Positions 39,037-52,346 of a DNA stretch of 64,000 bases are shown here, piece after piece. The notes below the pieces were generated by a model. The model was given only the letters and a program-made list of their open reading frames with translations. It searched no databases and was not told the origin of the DNA. This stretch comes from Octopus vulgaris. Its lineage: Eukaryota. How positions within the stretch are numbered: the stretch's first letter is position 1; each line of letters opens with the position of its first letter. A program made the translations under genes and the position numbers. The stretch lies in NCBI GenBank assembly GCA_951406725.2, contig OX597831.1, forward strand, positions 25,234,001 to 25,298,000, written 5' to 3'.

Positions 39037-39589
39037 TACGAGGATGAGTGAAAAAGTAATGCCATTTTGTTTAGGACAGGTATAATTACTAGCACAGGAA
39101 CATGTTTCACACATCAAAATCAAACTGGTGCTCTTTGGATCACATCCCTACTGCTCAACATAGTCACCTTTTCTCTCAATAGCAATGTTCCACCTTTGAA
39201 TGAGAGCATGTATTCCTGCCCCGTAAAAGTCAGTTGATTGTTCTTTGAGTCACTTCTTCACGACAGTTTTCACTTCCTCGTCACTGGACTATCATCTCTT
39301 CAGCTTCATGAAAGAGGGTTTGAGAGGCAAATATTATTCCAGTGATGAGGAAATAAAAACTGTCGTGAAGAAGTGGATCAAAGAACAGTCTACAGAATTT
39401 TAAAGAGCAGGGATACATGCTCTCATTCGAAGGTGGAACATTGCTATTGAGAGAAACGGTGACAATGTTGAGAAGTAGGGATGTGATCCACTGAGGACCA
39501 GCTTCATTTTGATGTATGATACATGTTCCTGTGTTGGTAATTATACCTGTCCTACACCAAATGGCATTACTTTTTGACTCCTCCTCATA
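39037..39589. mobile_element. Fold-back mariner derivative (two right ends) with transposase C-terminal remnant
   Basis: TA flanks; ~250-bp inverted arms; 39287-39478 (+) reads DYHLFSFMKEGLRGKYYSSDEEIKTVVKKWIKEQSTEF*RAGIHALIRRWNIAIERNGDNVEK*. Confidence 0.9.
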
Positions 39590-39919
39590 ATTAAAGTTAT
39601 ACACAGTAAAACATTTTAAAAAGGAATACATAAATCTCATAAAATACATTTTTTAATGAGCGAAGGAGGAAATGATGTGGTGGCCATAGTGCTCATGGGT
39701 TTTATACCATGAGAAAAGATAAATTCTAGTGATTCAAGATAGGGTTTGTGTGATGTGAGGTGAAATGAATTCTGACATTTACTGCAGGGTTTGTTTGTTG
39801 AGAGGAAATTCTCCGAGGTGAATTCATCTTATGCCATCTGATCATAGATTTATTTTCTCTCACAGATAAATCATAGTTTACTCTCTAAATTATCATTTTT
39901 TACAGTGGTGTAATAACCC

Positions 39920-40345
39920 ATTCTGCATAAGGCATGAGGCCCGAAATTTTGGGTGAGTGGGTAAGTCAATTACAATGACCCCAGTGTTTCACTGGTACTT
40001 AATTTATCAACCTTGAAAGGATGAAAGGCAAAGTTAACCATAGTAGAATTTGAACTCAGAACGTATATATGGACAAAATGTTGCTAAGCATTTTGCCCGG
40101 CATGCTAACAATTCTGCCAGCTTGCTGCCTTACAGTGGCAAGCTGGTAGAAATGTTAGCATGCCAGGCAAAATGCTTAGTGGTATTTTGTCTGTCTTTAT
40201 GTTCAGAGTTCAAATTCTGCCAAGATCAAATTTGCTTTTTATTCTTTCAGGATCGATAAATTAAGTACCAGTTGCATACTGGGGTTGATCTAATTGACTT
40301 GCCCCATCCCCCAAAATTTCAGGCCTTGTGCTTAGAATAGAAAAT
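39920..40345. mobile_element. Two family B-related SINEs head-to-head
   Basis: Minus copy ends CCAGCTTGCTGCCT (40130); plus copy begins AGTGGCAAGCTGG (40134). Confidence 0.85.
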
Positions 40346-40686
40346 GACAATACCCATACATAGTTAGCTCACATTAATGTTGACTACATCCCTGTTTACA
40401 GCTGTCCAGGCAGAGATAGCTACCAGTAAGTGCAAAAGCCCTGTGAGTCAAAGAGGTTGTTCCAACATATTTCCCATAACATATTCCAAAGCAACGTTTT
40501 TTCCATTTTGTCCACCAAAACCATCAAGCAGACTGTGAACTCTTCTTAGCTAGAGCTGGTGTATCTCTTAAGACTACAAACAAAAAAATATGTTCTAATA
40601 TTTACATGCAAGTGTAAAATTGTAATGTGTTCCTATAGATATGTACGTATATTATGACATCTCTCTCTCTCTATCTAGCTATCTAT

Positions 40687-40751
<65 letters not shown>

Positions 40752-40756
<5 letters not shown>

Positions 40757-41063
40757 CTCTGTTGGACTTCTGGATTTTACTCAAAAGATATTGGAATATT
40801 GCATATATACTATTATGCCTATAAAACAGATTTACAAATTCAATACCCATACATATCTCACATCTATTTTCTTTCCTCAACCTCACTCTCTATTTTGTAT
40901 CACATCGAAACTAACTATGACTATAACTAATTTTCCTCTCACACCGTCTCCGATGAAGGGATATTATTAATTAATATCCTAGAAATAGCTGTAAGACCTT
41001 CTATCTATAAATGCTCTAATATCTATACAGCCTTGGGTTTTTTATCCTATTACGCAAACAATT

Positions 41064-41067
<4 letters not shown>
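40752..41067 (+). mobile_element. PLE-like tail embedded in (TA)n, carrying a hammerhead motif at 40946-40997
   Basis: GTCT-CCGATGA-A-GGGATATT-loop-AATATCCT-A-GAAA-TAGCTGTA-AGAC; flanked by (TA)n on both sides. Confidence 0.65.
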
Positions 41068-41114
<47 letters not shown>

Positions 41115-41259
41115 GTGTATCTATCAACCTATTTATCTATGCATTTCTCTGTCTGTGAATGTTATTGCATGTTTGAATTAAATAAAGTCACTACAGTGAG
41201 ATAAAGCCATTGTAAACAGCAAAAGCATGCAGGCACTGTTAAATTTATTTTATTTTGTA

Positions 41260-41443
41260 AAGGCGCAGGAGTGGCTGTGTGGTAAGTAGCTTGCTTACCA
41301 GCCACATGGTTCCAGGTTCAGTCCCACTGCGTGGCACCTTGGGCAAGTGTCTTCTACTATAGCTCCAGGCTGACCAAAGCCTTGTGAGTGAATTTGGTAG
41401 ACAGAAAATGAAAGAAGCCCGTCATATATACATACATATATAT
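41260..41443 (+). mobile_element. Family A SINE 5' half
   Basis: AGGCGCAGGAGTGGCTGTGTGG to the TA tract. Confidence 0.85.
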
Positions 41444-42052
41444 TTGTCAGTGAACAGGTCGCGGTCTCAAATCAACGAAAATATTTTGACAAATTAAATT
41501 TAAATGTTGAAGTGAATCTAAGTGATTCGTTTTCGAAGATCAAATTTATATTCATAATATATATACATTTGTTTTTCATTAATTTCATTAAATTAATAGA
41601 GAGATAATTAACTAATGTATTATGACCAATTATGATATTATATATAATTAAAACAATTTACAGCCTTTAATTTCTTCTATTTAAAGTTCAATGCCTAGAT
41701 CAAGAATATAACAATATTTAGTATTATTCATATAATTCCAACCTCCTCAATCTGATTCTATACTCTTCTGGAGTATATAAAATGTTTACAAAATTGCTTG
41801 TAATAGCTTTCTATATAGTTCACTAGAAAAATATTGATCTCTAGCATATGTACAAAGATCTGAAAGGTGGAAGAAAACAATTTCGGACTCAGAACATGAA
41901 GGGACGTAACTATATATATAGAAAAACCGTTTTCAGTCATCGATTTTAGAAAAATCTGCATAATTTTAAAATAAAGTATCGTACTTTAAAATTTTAACCA
42001 GGAAGAGTTGTTTCCCTTGAAATTTTTTCTTTAGAGTTACTTCCCTTTGATC

Positions 42053-42246
42053 ACGCCGGGCGTAATGCGTAGCTGCATTTCTTCTGCCGTTACGTTCTGA
42101 GTTCAAATTCCGCCGAGGTCGACTTTGCCTTTCATCCTTTCGGGGTCGACAAATTAAGTACCAGTTACGCACTGGAGTCGATGTAATTGACTTAATCCGT
42201 TTGTCTGTCCCCTCTATGTTTAGCCCCTTGTGGGCAATAAAGAAAT
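42053..42246 (+). mobile_element. Family B SINE, 5'-truncated
   Basis: GAGTTCAAATTCCGCCGAGGTCGAC...AAAGAAATA. Confidence 0.85.
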
Positions 42247-42715
42247 ATATTATGTTACTGTTATTGCTCAACTTGTGAACGTTGTGGACATTGATACTGA
42301 CACACATTGAGCAGATCTGTATGAACACCATCATTTTTGTAAAACAAAATGATGTGGTGCCATGTTCTATGCGGTATTTTTCAAAGCTGTGCTTTGGTAA
42401 TTGTCACAAAAACTGTTGAAACAGCATCCTTCAACTGTTGGGTATTCTGGTATCGCTTTGTGAAACCCTCTCCTTGATAATAGAAAATTTAAAACAATAT
42501 TTACAGGTGGTGGCAAGTCTTTCGGATCAACCTTAATTTCATTAACTTAATCGAGAGATAATTAACTAATGTATTATGACCAATTATGATATTATATATA
42601 ATTAAAACAATTTACAGCCTTTAATTTCTTCTATTTAAAGTTCAATGCCTACAGAACGAAATCATGCTTAATAACTTCCATCCTCCATAATTTTTTCACC
42701 TTATACACTCACATA

Positions 42716-42782
<67 letters not shown>

Positions 42783-43084
42783 GTACTCACACCAATACAC
42801 AAATGCACATACATGGAATTGCACGCGCATAGAAATTTCACATACGTACACGTATCTATGCAAACATGAACGTATGTATGTATGTTGTTATTTAGTTTTA
42901 TCTCAAGATTTCTTCTCAGTAGAGAAACAGCCAGTTTCTAACCTAGATTCAAGGCTCCTTCACAGGGATTTCCACAATATCAGCAGAGTATTTTTGTATA
43001 TATGTATATGTGTATTAGGAGGTCCAAAAGTCTTGTCAACCCTCTATTGAAAATTATTAAGAACAATAGAGGAGCAATGTAATA

Positions 43085-43360
43085 ATCTATGCACAAGGCT
43101 CGAAATTTTGGGGGAGGGGGACAGTCGATTAGATCGATCCCAGTACGCGACTGGTACTCAATTTATTGACTCAAACGGATTAAGTCGATTACATCGACCC
43201 CAGTGCGTAACTGGTATTTATTTAATCGACCCCGAAAGGATGAAAGGCAAAGTCGACCTCGACGGAATTTGAACTCAGAACGTAACGGCAGACAAAATAC
43301 TGCAAAGCATTTCGCCCAAGATGCTAACATTTCGCCCAAGGTGCCAGCTTGCCACCTTAG
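43085..43360 (-). mobile_element. Family B SINE, partial dimer
   Basis: Reverse complement of family B core, twice. Confidence 0.8.
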
Positions 43361-43415
43361 GAACATTATAATAATATCAAACACATTTACTGGTTTTAGT
43401 ATATTCACTTTCATT

Positions 43416-43845
43416 GACATTGATACTGTCACACATTGAGAAGATCTGTATGAACACCATCATTTTTGTAAAACAAAATGATGTGGTGCCATGTTCTATG
43501 CGGTATTTTACAAAGCTGTGCTTTGGTAATTGTCGCAAAAACTGCTGAAACAGCATCCTTCAACTGTTGGGTATTCTGGTATCGCTTTGTGAAACCCTCT
43601 CCTTGATAATAGAAAATTTAAAACAATATTTACAGGTGGTGACAAGTCTTTCAGATCAACCTGTAGATTTTGTATGCCGTGTATGCCATAAGACCTGAAA
43701 AGACATTTTAAGATCCACAAAGATCAGAACTCAACTCCAGCTAATGGTGGACCAGATCATATATGCAATCTATGTGGGTGTCATTTCAATACATTGTCTG
43801 GTTTAAAAAGCTAATTCTGATGCCATGATGGATCTGAGGCGTAAG
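43416..43845 (+). pseudogene. Decayed RTE-like LINE 3' end with C2H2 zinc-finger remnants
   Basis: FVCRVCHKT, then in another frame LKRHFKIH and HICNLCGCHFNTLSGLKS*F*CH; weak upstream KAVL / ETLSL RT-like words; stops and frameshifts. Confidence 0.55.
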
Positions 43846-43925
43846 TTTTCAAAGTGGGTGCTATATATATATATATATATATCTCTAATTTCAGCTCAGC
43901 GCTACGGCCATGCTGATGCACCGCC

Positions 43926-43976
<51 letters not shown>

Positions 43977-43977
<1 letters not shown>

Positions 43978-44143
43978 TTCATTTAAAGCAGCAGAAAATT
44001 CAACAAAACCTGTTACTCTGAGTTTCCCGTTGCCGTTCATCGGACAGTTTTTGCTAGATTATCTAGCAAAAACTGTCCGATGAACGGCAATGGGAAACTC
44101 AGAGTAGCAGGTTTTGTTGAATTTTCTGCTGCTTTAAATGAAG
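43977..44143. mobile_element. ~167-bp palindrome with two divergent hammerhead-like motifs (inverted PLE terminal repeat)
   Basis: Arms 43977-44059 / 44061-44143 with 2 mismatches; ACTGT-CCGATGA-A-CG-GCAA-(C/T)G-G-GAAA-CTC-AGAGT on each strand. Confidence 0.75.
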
Positions 44144-45300
44144 CATATTACTCTACCACTGGTAATTGAGTACTGTTTTTTCCACCTTGTTTCACATTTA
44201 CGTGTTTTCTCCGGTATATATATATTTGTGTGTCAATTTGTCATTGTTTTGGTCCCCCAACACGACTTGACAACCAGTGCTGGTTTGTTTACGTCCCCAT
44301 AACTTAGCAGTTCAGCTTAAGAACCGACAGTATAAGTACCAGGCTTTAAAAAAAAATTAAGTTTTGGGGTTCGTTTGTTTGACTAAATCAACTGAAATGC
44401 CAAATACATTAAAACGAATTAGAAATACTGAACAAGAAATGATTGTTCCGAGTTCAAACGCCTCACAATTGCATAACGGTACACAATCGAACGACCGAGA
44501 AGAAAGAAACAGAAGGATCGATAAATTATGTAATCAATACTTCTCTTGATAATAAATCGTTTCAGGAGAAAATAATGAGCAGTTTCATGGTAGAGTTGTT
44601 TCCCTTTGATCATAAATTTTCATCGCTTTCAGGAACTATTAATATATAACGGTTCTTTTAATTTTTTTTATAAACGTTTATAAGGAACGCATGATTATCA
44701 TCACATCCCAAACTTACATATTTTATTTATAAAGGTTCTTGTATCCTGTCGAAATATATATATCAGTGTTTAGAATCTTATTTTTGCTTCATAATCTCTG
44801 TGATTGATTGATGTTGCGTTATTTATTTATTTAGGTTTAGAATTATCTTTAATATCTTATTTCGTTTTTGGACTTGGTTTGCAAGATTCTTTATATAAGT
44901 TCGTGTGTTGAAGCATATTCTGTTGTGTCTGGGAAGAATCCTTTTCTTTTTGTGCCTTATTATGTAACACACTCACCAGTAAAATTTCCACTTATTTCTT
45001 ATTTCTATTTTCCTAAAATTTTCGTTGCGTCTTGCAACCTTTACAATAGTCTTGACTCTGTCCGTTATTTACACTGCGTTCCCTTTTTGGTTGTTTGTGC
45101 GCATGAGTGTGGGTCAGTGTGCGTGTGTGTGTGTGTGCTTATGCGTACATGCATGTACGTATGTATGTATGTGTGTGTGTATGTATGCATGTGTGTGTAT
45201 GTATTCTGCATATTCATGTGCTTGCATGTCCGTGTTTGTGTATATTCTATATATGTGTGTGTGAGAGCGTGTGTTTGTATTTGTATGCACCTCTGTTTCC

Positions 45301-45368
<68 letters not shown>

Positions 45369-46026
45369 GTGTGTTTCATCTATGTACCATGGTTGTATGT
45401 ATGGATATGCATCTCTATATGAGTGGACCTGTGTCTCCTTATGTGTTCTTCTGTGGAGTAAAGTGTGTGTGTATATATGGTCATGTGTTTCAGTCTCTTA
45501 GAGATCGAATAACTTCAACCACGACCATTTTTCAGGAAGTCTACAAACAATATTAATAAAGAAAGGAACTTATCTTGAGACCACGGTCACAGCTTCATGC
45601 AAGACCCAGCAATCATTGAACTAGATAAAGGATCAATTAACTCTACGCAGATCCATAATCAAATGCGTCCCATCATGACAATCACATCATTTGATCGAGC
45701 ATGATTACCTAGGAGTACATTATCCAATGTGTCCTGATTTTAAATTTGTGTTTTGCAGTAGATTTGATTATTTCTAGCCTAAGGTTCCCTTCTTGGTTTA
45801 TGAATTAACAGTCCAGAAGGAGACATAGATTTAAGCTGCGTGACTTGTAAGCTTCTACCGTATTGTTATCATTAAACTTATCATTGCTTAATATACCTTC
45901 ATACGACGCGCACTTGCTGCAAATATATCATCGTCATTATCATCTCTATCATCATAACCTGTATCATTGATATAAGAATCCATAGTCATTGATATCTAGG
46001 AATCTAGTCATTGATATAAGAATCTA

Positions 46027-46552
46027 TACCATAAATCCTCATGTATAATCCACATTTTTTCCCCCAAATTTAAATATCAAAATCCCTAGTGCGTGCTATA
46101 TACGAGGTTAAAAACGAAAAATATTTTCTAAGCAATGTCCGAGTCTCTATTTGCTGTCCGGCAACGTTTATTCAGACGCATTTTGTGATGTAGGGCGCGA
46201 ATATACATTAAGCTAAGCCTGAAAGCAATGAAATCATAAAAGAATCGTCCATAACTTCCAGTAAGCAACATTTATTAAAATAAAAATATTCAGAACACAG
46301 AATAACATGTAACAAAAACAATTTGCAGTTATATTTACATTCCCATATAATAGTTAAGAACATCACCATTATTGTATTACGCAAGCACGGGAGTGTTTGT
46401 TCGACTCGGTGCTGCTGGCTGAATTACGCACGACTCAAGTTAGAGAAAGGGTGCGTATTATACACAAGGTTTAGGCTTTTCAGAGGTACAGCCCTCTAAA
46501 AATCCCCTGCGTATTATACTCAAGGGCGGACTATACTCGAGGATTTACGGTA
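46027..46552. mobile_element. Tc1/mariner-superfamily (pogo/Tc2-like) MITE
   Basis: TA-CCATAAATCCTCATGTATAATCC ... GGACTATACTCGAGGATTTACGG-TA. Confidence 0.8.
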
Positions 46553-46724
46553 TATATTTTTGATGATTTGTATCTCACATCTTATTTTGATAAACGATAA
46601 AACAATTATCTTTGGAAGATATTTGTACCAAACAATTGGAATCATAATGTTCAGCATTGATTTATTCACATAAATCTGTAAATACAAAAACAACATTTGC
46701 AGTTATCTTCATCTCACGTACTAA

Positions 46725-47298
46725 AGGTGCATGGCTTGGTGGTTAGAGGAATTGGGCTCATGATCATAAGGTTGTGAGTTCGATTCTTGGCAGTGCATTG
46801 TTTCATTAGACAAGATATTTTATTTCACATTGCTCCAGTCCACTGGTAAAACGAAATGCTTAGAGTTCGACTTTGCCTTTCATCCTTTCGGGGTCGATTA
46901 AATAAGTACCAGTTACGCACTGGGGTCGATATAATCGACTTAATCCGTTTGTCTGTCCTTGTTTGTCCCCTCTGTGTGTAGCCCCTTGTGGGTAGTAAAG
47001 AAATAGGTATTTCGTTTGCCGCTACGTTCTGAGTTCAAATTCCACCGAGGTCGACTTTGCCTTTCATCCTTTCAGGGTCGATTAAATAAGTACCAGTTAC
47101 GCACTGGGGTCGATATAATCGACTTAATCCGTTTGTCTGTCCTTGTTTGTTCCCTCAGTGTTTAGCCCCTTGTGGACAGTAAAGGAATAGGTATGGATGT
47201 CTGTGGAGTACTCAACCACTCCCACATTAATTTCACGAACAGGTTGTTCAGCTGATCAGATCAACTGGGACCCACATCGTCAGAACTGACAGAGTACC
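46725..47298 (+). mobile_element. SINE mosaic: family D head, family B dimer (about 46866-47194), family C tail
   Basis: Sequential matches to the three families. Confidence 0.75.
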
Positions 47299-47755
47299 AG
47301 TTTTCTCGTCGGGATTTATATAGATTTTTATCTGCCCTAGTTTTCTTGCTCTTCTGTCTGTTCTCCGAGATCAACAGCTTCAGATTCTATGATTCTCTCC
47401 ATCTTTCCTTCCTCTAACGCACATAAACTACATCATTCAACTGCTTCTTTTCCAACTCAGCAAACATCATCCATTCCCGTGACACATCCGTCTTAGTTTC
47501 GTTATATCTCTTTCCCCAGCACACACACACACACACTTCAGCAGACATCCTTAATGTCCACCTGTTTGTTTTAATCTCACAGATGTTTATTCAGCCTCTT
47601 ATGCACTACAACATTATAAATACAGCAGATTACGTTCGTTTCCTCTCTTGCCAACCATCACAGATATTCGAAATTCTAAATCCTAAACCTCACATCACAC
47701 ATTACGTCTTAACTCTCATTCAAACTTTATGCGTTAGCTATTGTCTTTAATAATC

Positions 47756-48170
47756 TGTTTCTTTATTGCCAACAAGGGGCTAAACATAGAGGGGACAAAC
47801 AAGGACAGACAAACGGATTAAGTCGATTACATCGACCCTAGTGCGTAACTGGTACTTAATTTATCGACCCCGAAAGGATAAAAGTCAAAGTCGACCTCGG
47901 CGGAATTTGAACTCAGAACGCAACGACAGACGCAATACCTATTTCTTTATTACCCACAATGGGCTAAACATAAAGGGGACAAACAAGGACAGACATAGGT
48001 ATTAAGTCGATTACATCGACCCCAGTGCGTAACTGGTACTTAATTTATCGACCCCGAAAGGATGGAAGGCAAAGTCGACCTCGGCGGAATTTGAACTCAC
48101 AACGTAACGCAGACGCAATACCGCTAAGCATTTCGCCCAGCGTGCTAACGTTTCTGCCAGCTCGCCGCCT
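47756..48170 (-). mobile_element. Family B SINE dimer
   Basis: Two units; TSD CTTTAATAATC at 47745-47755 / 48169-48179. Confidence 0.9.
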
Positions 48171-48663
48171 TTAATAATCAACCGTTCACTCAGCTCTTCT
48201 GTGTATCCTCACTGACGCAGGTTAACCTAACATATCCAGTCGATCACATCTGATTCTTTACTTGCCATCATCCACAAACCTTCTCTCTTCAGTATCTAAT
48301 ATCGCTCTATCAAGCAACATCACATTTGAGACAAATACTTCTTACATACGTTTTACTGCACGAAGAGAGGAAAACGATGGTTGCCAACAGGGGAGGAAAC
48401 TCTCTGACTTTCTTCAATTCATTTCTTACTCTAACGACTTCGGTCGTTTTACAGCTAACTCCCACACTCTTTGGATCATGGCTGCGACAAAAATTGCATG
48501 CATGCATGTACGTGTGGGTGTGTAATTATATATGTATCTCTCTCATTATATATATATAATCATTACAGATATAGGGTAAAGAATTATTAATTTAATAATT
48601 AATAAATTTTACCAAGTAGTTTTGGTATGGAAAAAAAAACCCATTATCAGTAGAAACTTTTAC

Positions 48664-48698
<35 letters not shown>

Positions 48699-48825
48699 AC
48701 AATATCTGTGGAGTCATATCTGTAGTGAAAAGAATTAGCTGTCTTTGGTTGCTATTTCTAAATTTTCTGTATGTGGTGAAGCAACTTGTTGCTAAAACTT
48801 TAATTATATTTATAATTATATATGT

Positions 48826-48908
<83 letters not shown>

Positions 48909-48915
48909 GAGAATA

Positions 48916-48974
<59 letters not shown>

Positions 48975-49557
48975 AGATATAGATATAAATTTCTATTCCT
49001 GTATGTTATATATTTTAATAATTACTGGTATCTTTATATATTATAAATGTAAAGCATAATATGTTATACGTGTATGTATATTCTTGTAATTGTCATTTTA
49101 GGAAATAAATAAGTTAAATATAATGTCTAAAAGTTGATGAACACCACCTATTGATCCCCTCCATTTTCTTATTGCTATATAAATATATGTATAGCTGTCT
49201 ATGTGTGTGTGTGCGTGTGTTTGCATATGTGTGTTTGAGTGAGTGTATAATTCTTTCAACATTTTGCACAAGGCCAGTAACTTTGAGAGGAGGGTGCAAG
49301 TCGATTACATCAACCCTAGTATTTGACTGCTACTTTATTTTATCGAGCTCAAAAGAAGAAAGATTAAATGGACCTTGGCAGTATTTGAACCCAGAACGTA
49401 AAGGGGCACAAAAAATGACACTAAGCATTTTGTCAGGAGCACAAATGTGACACATGCTCACACACACACACACACACATATAGTAAGTTCCAGTATGAGG
49501 TACTAAAACATTTGCAGTGTGCATCTATGTCTGTCTCTCTCTGCATATGTGTATGTT

Positions 49558-49715
49558 TTGGCTGTGTGGTAAGTAGCTTGCTTACCAACTACATGGTTCC
49601 GGGTTCAGTCCCACTGTGAAGCACCTTGGGCAAGTGTCTTCTACTATAGCCTCAGGCTGACCAAAACCTTGTGAGTTGATTTGGTAGACAGAAACTGAAA
49701 AAAGCCCGTTGGATA

Positions 49716-49761
<46 letters not shown>

Positions 49762-50150
49762 TATATATCATCATTGTTTAACATCCGTTTTCCATGCTAG
49801 CATGGGATGGATGGTTCGACTGGGGTCTGAGAAACCAGGAGGCTGCACCAGGCTCCAGTCTGATCTGGCAGTGTTTCTACAGCTGGATGCCATTCCTAAC
49901 GCCAACCACTCCATGAGTGTAGTGGGTGCTTTTTGGAGGTGTGTGTTTGTGTGTCTGTGTTTGTCTCCCACCATCGCTTGACAGCTGATGGTGGCATGTC
50001 TACGTCACTGTAACTGGGGAGGGGGTCAGCAAAAGAGACCGATAGAATAAGTACTAGCCTTACAAAGAATCAGTCCAGGGGTTGATTTCTTCGACTAAAG
50101 GCAGTGCTCCAGCATGGCCGCAGTCAAATGACTGGACCTAATAAAAGAAT
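49558..50150 (+). mobile_element. Family A SINE with family E fragment (about 49768-49935, minus) nested in its TA tract
   Basis: Both SINE halves present around CATCATTGTTTAACATCC...GTAGTGGGTGCTTT. Confidence 0.8.
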
Positions 50151-50949
50151 ATACAGCTAATGGTGTTTAATGTCACAAACCGTGTTTGTTAGATTTTGCT
50201 GGAATCATGATAGATTTCGAGTGTCGTTTAAAGAATTTGCTTTCATTAGGCTTACCACAAGCTGAGAAATAGTCGGATCTACAACAAAGCCAACAACAAC
50301 AACACCAGAACCAGTAATCAACAGCAACAACGTACATACATACATATAAGCTATATGTGTGTGTGTGTGTGTGTGTGCTTATTCTTCCAGGCACGCATTT
50401 TACACAGCAGTATAATTAGGCAACGTAAATTTCTATCACTTGTCTATCTGGCAATTAACCTCATGATAATGTAGACTCGTTTATTCTAATTAGCACCTCT
50501 CCCCTCACCTACCTCCATCCCACCCCCACAAAAATCACTCGAATTGAAGATGACCATGCAAACAACATCATAGCTTGCAATCACCACCATCGTGGCCATC
50601 ATCATCATCATCATCATCGTTACCACAACAATCATCATAATCATCCTCCTTCTCCCCCACATGTCATCATCCTCACCACCATCATCGTCATCATCATCAT
50701 TAATGCTATCGTTGTCATTGTTAGTGATGTATTTTCTCTCAGTGTAGAGATAACGATGTCTTTCCAAAGGTTTCTTGACACATCTGATAGCGTGGGTTGG
50801 ATGGATCTGTTGCACAGCATTTATTATTTGGCTCAATACAATTCTAGCTATGCTTACTACAAGGACATACAAGTTTTAGTGTACTCACACAAACACACAC
50901 ACATATATACACACATAGACACACACATATATATATACATATATATATA

Positions 50950-50998
<49 letters not shown>

Positions 50999-51232
50999 AG
51001 AGAGAGAGAAAGAGAGAGGGTGTGTATTCAAGACATTAGAAATATTAATTGAGAATTATACCTCCTCAAAAACTTGTTCATTACAGTATTATATACAATA
51101 CATTCGCTTTAAATTTCTGTCCAACATGTGTTTCTACTGCAGAGAAATCTTAAGATGTGGCATCCAGTGGCATTCCTAGTGTCCAGTGTTTATGTATCCA
51201 TGCAGCTTTATCCAACGTGTTACCACTATATA

Positions 51233-51372
51233 TCTATTATATAAAATCGGTTCTGTCCGTCTGTGTGTGTGTGTCTCCTAGGATCTCAGGCATCCTCCAT
51301 CTGATTGCTCTCAAATTTGATATGTAGATACAGCCGGTATCAGGGCATGTATAAGTCTAGAAAAAAATTACA
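51233..51372 (+). mobile_element. Helitron-like 5' fragment
   Basis: TCTATTATATAAAA..GTCCGTCTGTGTGTG start like 6479 and 61709; no 3' CTAG/hairpin end found. Confidence 0.5.
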
Positions 51373-51691
51373 AAGTTATGGGGACATAAATACGCCAACA
51401 TCGATTGTCAAGCGATGGTGTGGGAACAAACACAGACACACAAACGCACACACACATACATGCACACATGCAGACGCACACACACACACATCTATATATA
51501 TGACAAGCTTCTTTCAGTATCCATCTACCAAATCCACTCACAAGGCTTTGGTTGGCCCGAGGCTATAGTAGAAGACTATGTGTGCCTAGCCTATGTCTAA
51601 GCTTCACAACTTATCAGAGTCATCCAGTGGAGCTCTACAAATGCATTTATCACTCCATTTCAGTGACAGTTGTTATTTCTCATGGATATAT

Positions 51692-51992
51692 TGTTTGTTC
51701 CCTGTCGAGCCATGCCTGGCTCATAAGGGCTGGTTTCCTAGTTTCCTTGGCGTATAGGTTCCCCACCTGGATGAGACACCAGTCCGTCGCAGGTGAGCTG
51801 CAAGATGCAGGAGGAAAGAGTGAGAGAAAGTTGTGGCAAAAGAGAGAGCAGAAGTTTGCCATTACCCTCTGCTAGAGCCATGTAGAGCTTAGGTGTTTCG
51901 CTCATAAACACACACATTGCCCTATCTGAGATTCAAACCTGTGATCCCTCGACCACGAGTCCACTGCTCTAACCACTAGGCCATGTGCCTCC
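51692..51992 (-). mobile_element. Family C-headed SINE subfamily
   Basis: TSD CATGGATATA; tRNA-like head reverse complement CTCTAACCACTAGGCCA. Confidence 0.8.
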
Positions 51993-52285
51993 ATGGATAT
52001 AACTGACTGCATTTTGTCTATTGCCACTTGATTTATGAATCAATTCCATGTGATGTCAGAAATATATTAAGTCTTTAAGTCAGCAACAGCTGATGAAGTG
52101 ATTTTATTCAATAAGAACTCTAGATATTTGTGGGACATATACCATATTTTCTTCATGCTTGTTTTGGTTCACATACACATAAAGATACAGCACTGCATAG
52201 TCATTGAGTTGTAGATTTTTGCTGATTAGACATCTCACTAAGTTGGACTAAGAATAAACTATTATTTTATGCCCATCTGAATGAT

Positions 52286-52332
<47 letters not shown>

Positions 52333-52346
52333 AATATATATATATA

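Noticed and set aside
43665-43830. Host C2H2 zinc-finger gene exon
   Set aside because: Stops at His/Arg positions, a frameshift, no TGEKP linkers; better explained as a decayed LINE C-terminus
47320-47745. Possible further LINE remnant on the minus strand (also 48180-48480 and 58780-58960)
   Set aside because: Composition is suggestive but I could not read a diagnostic RT motif
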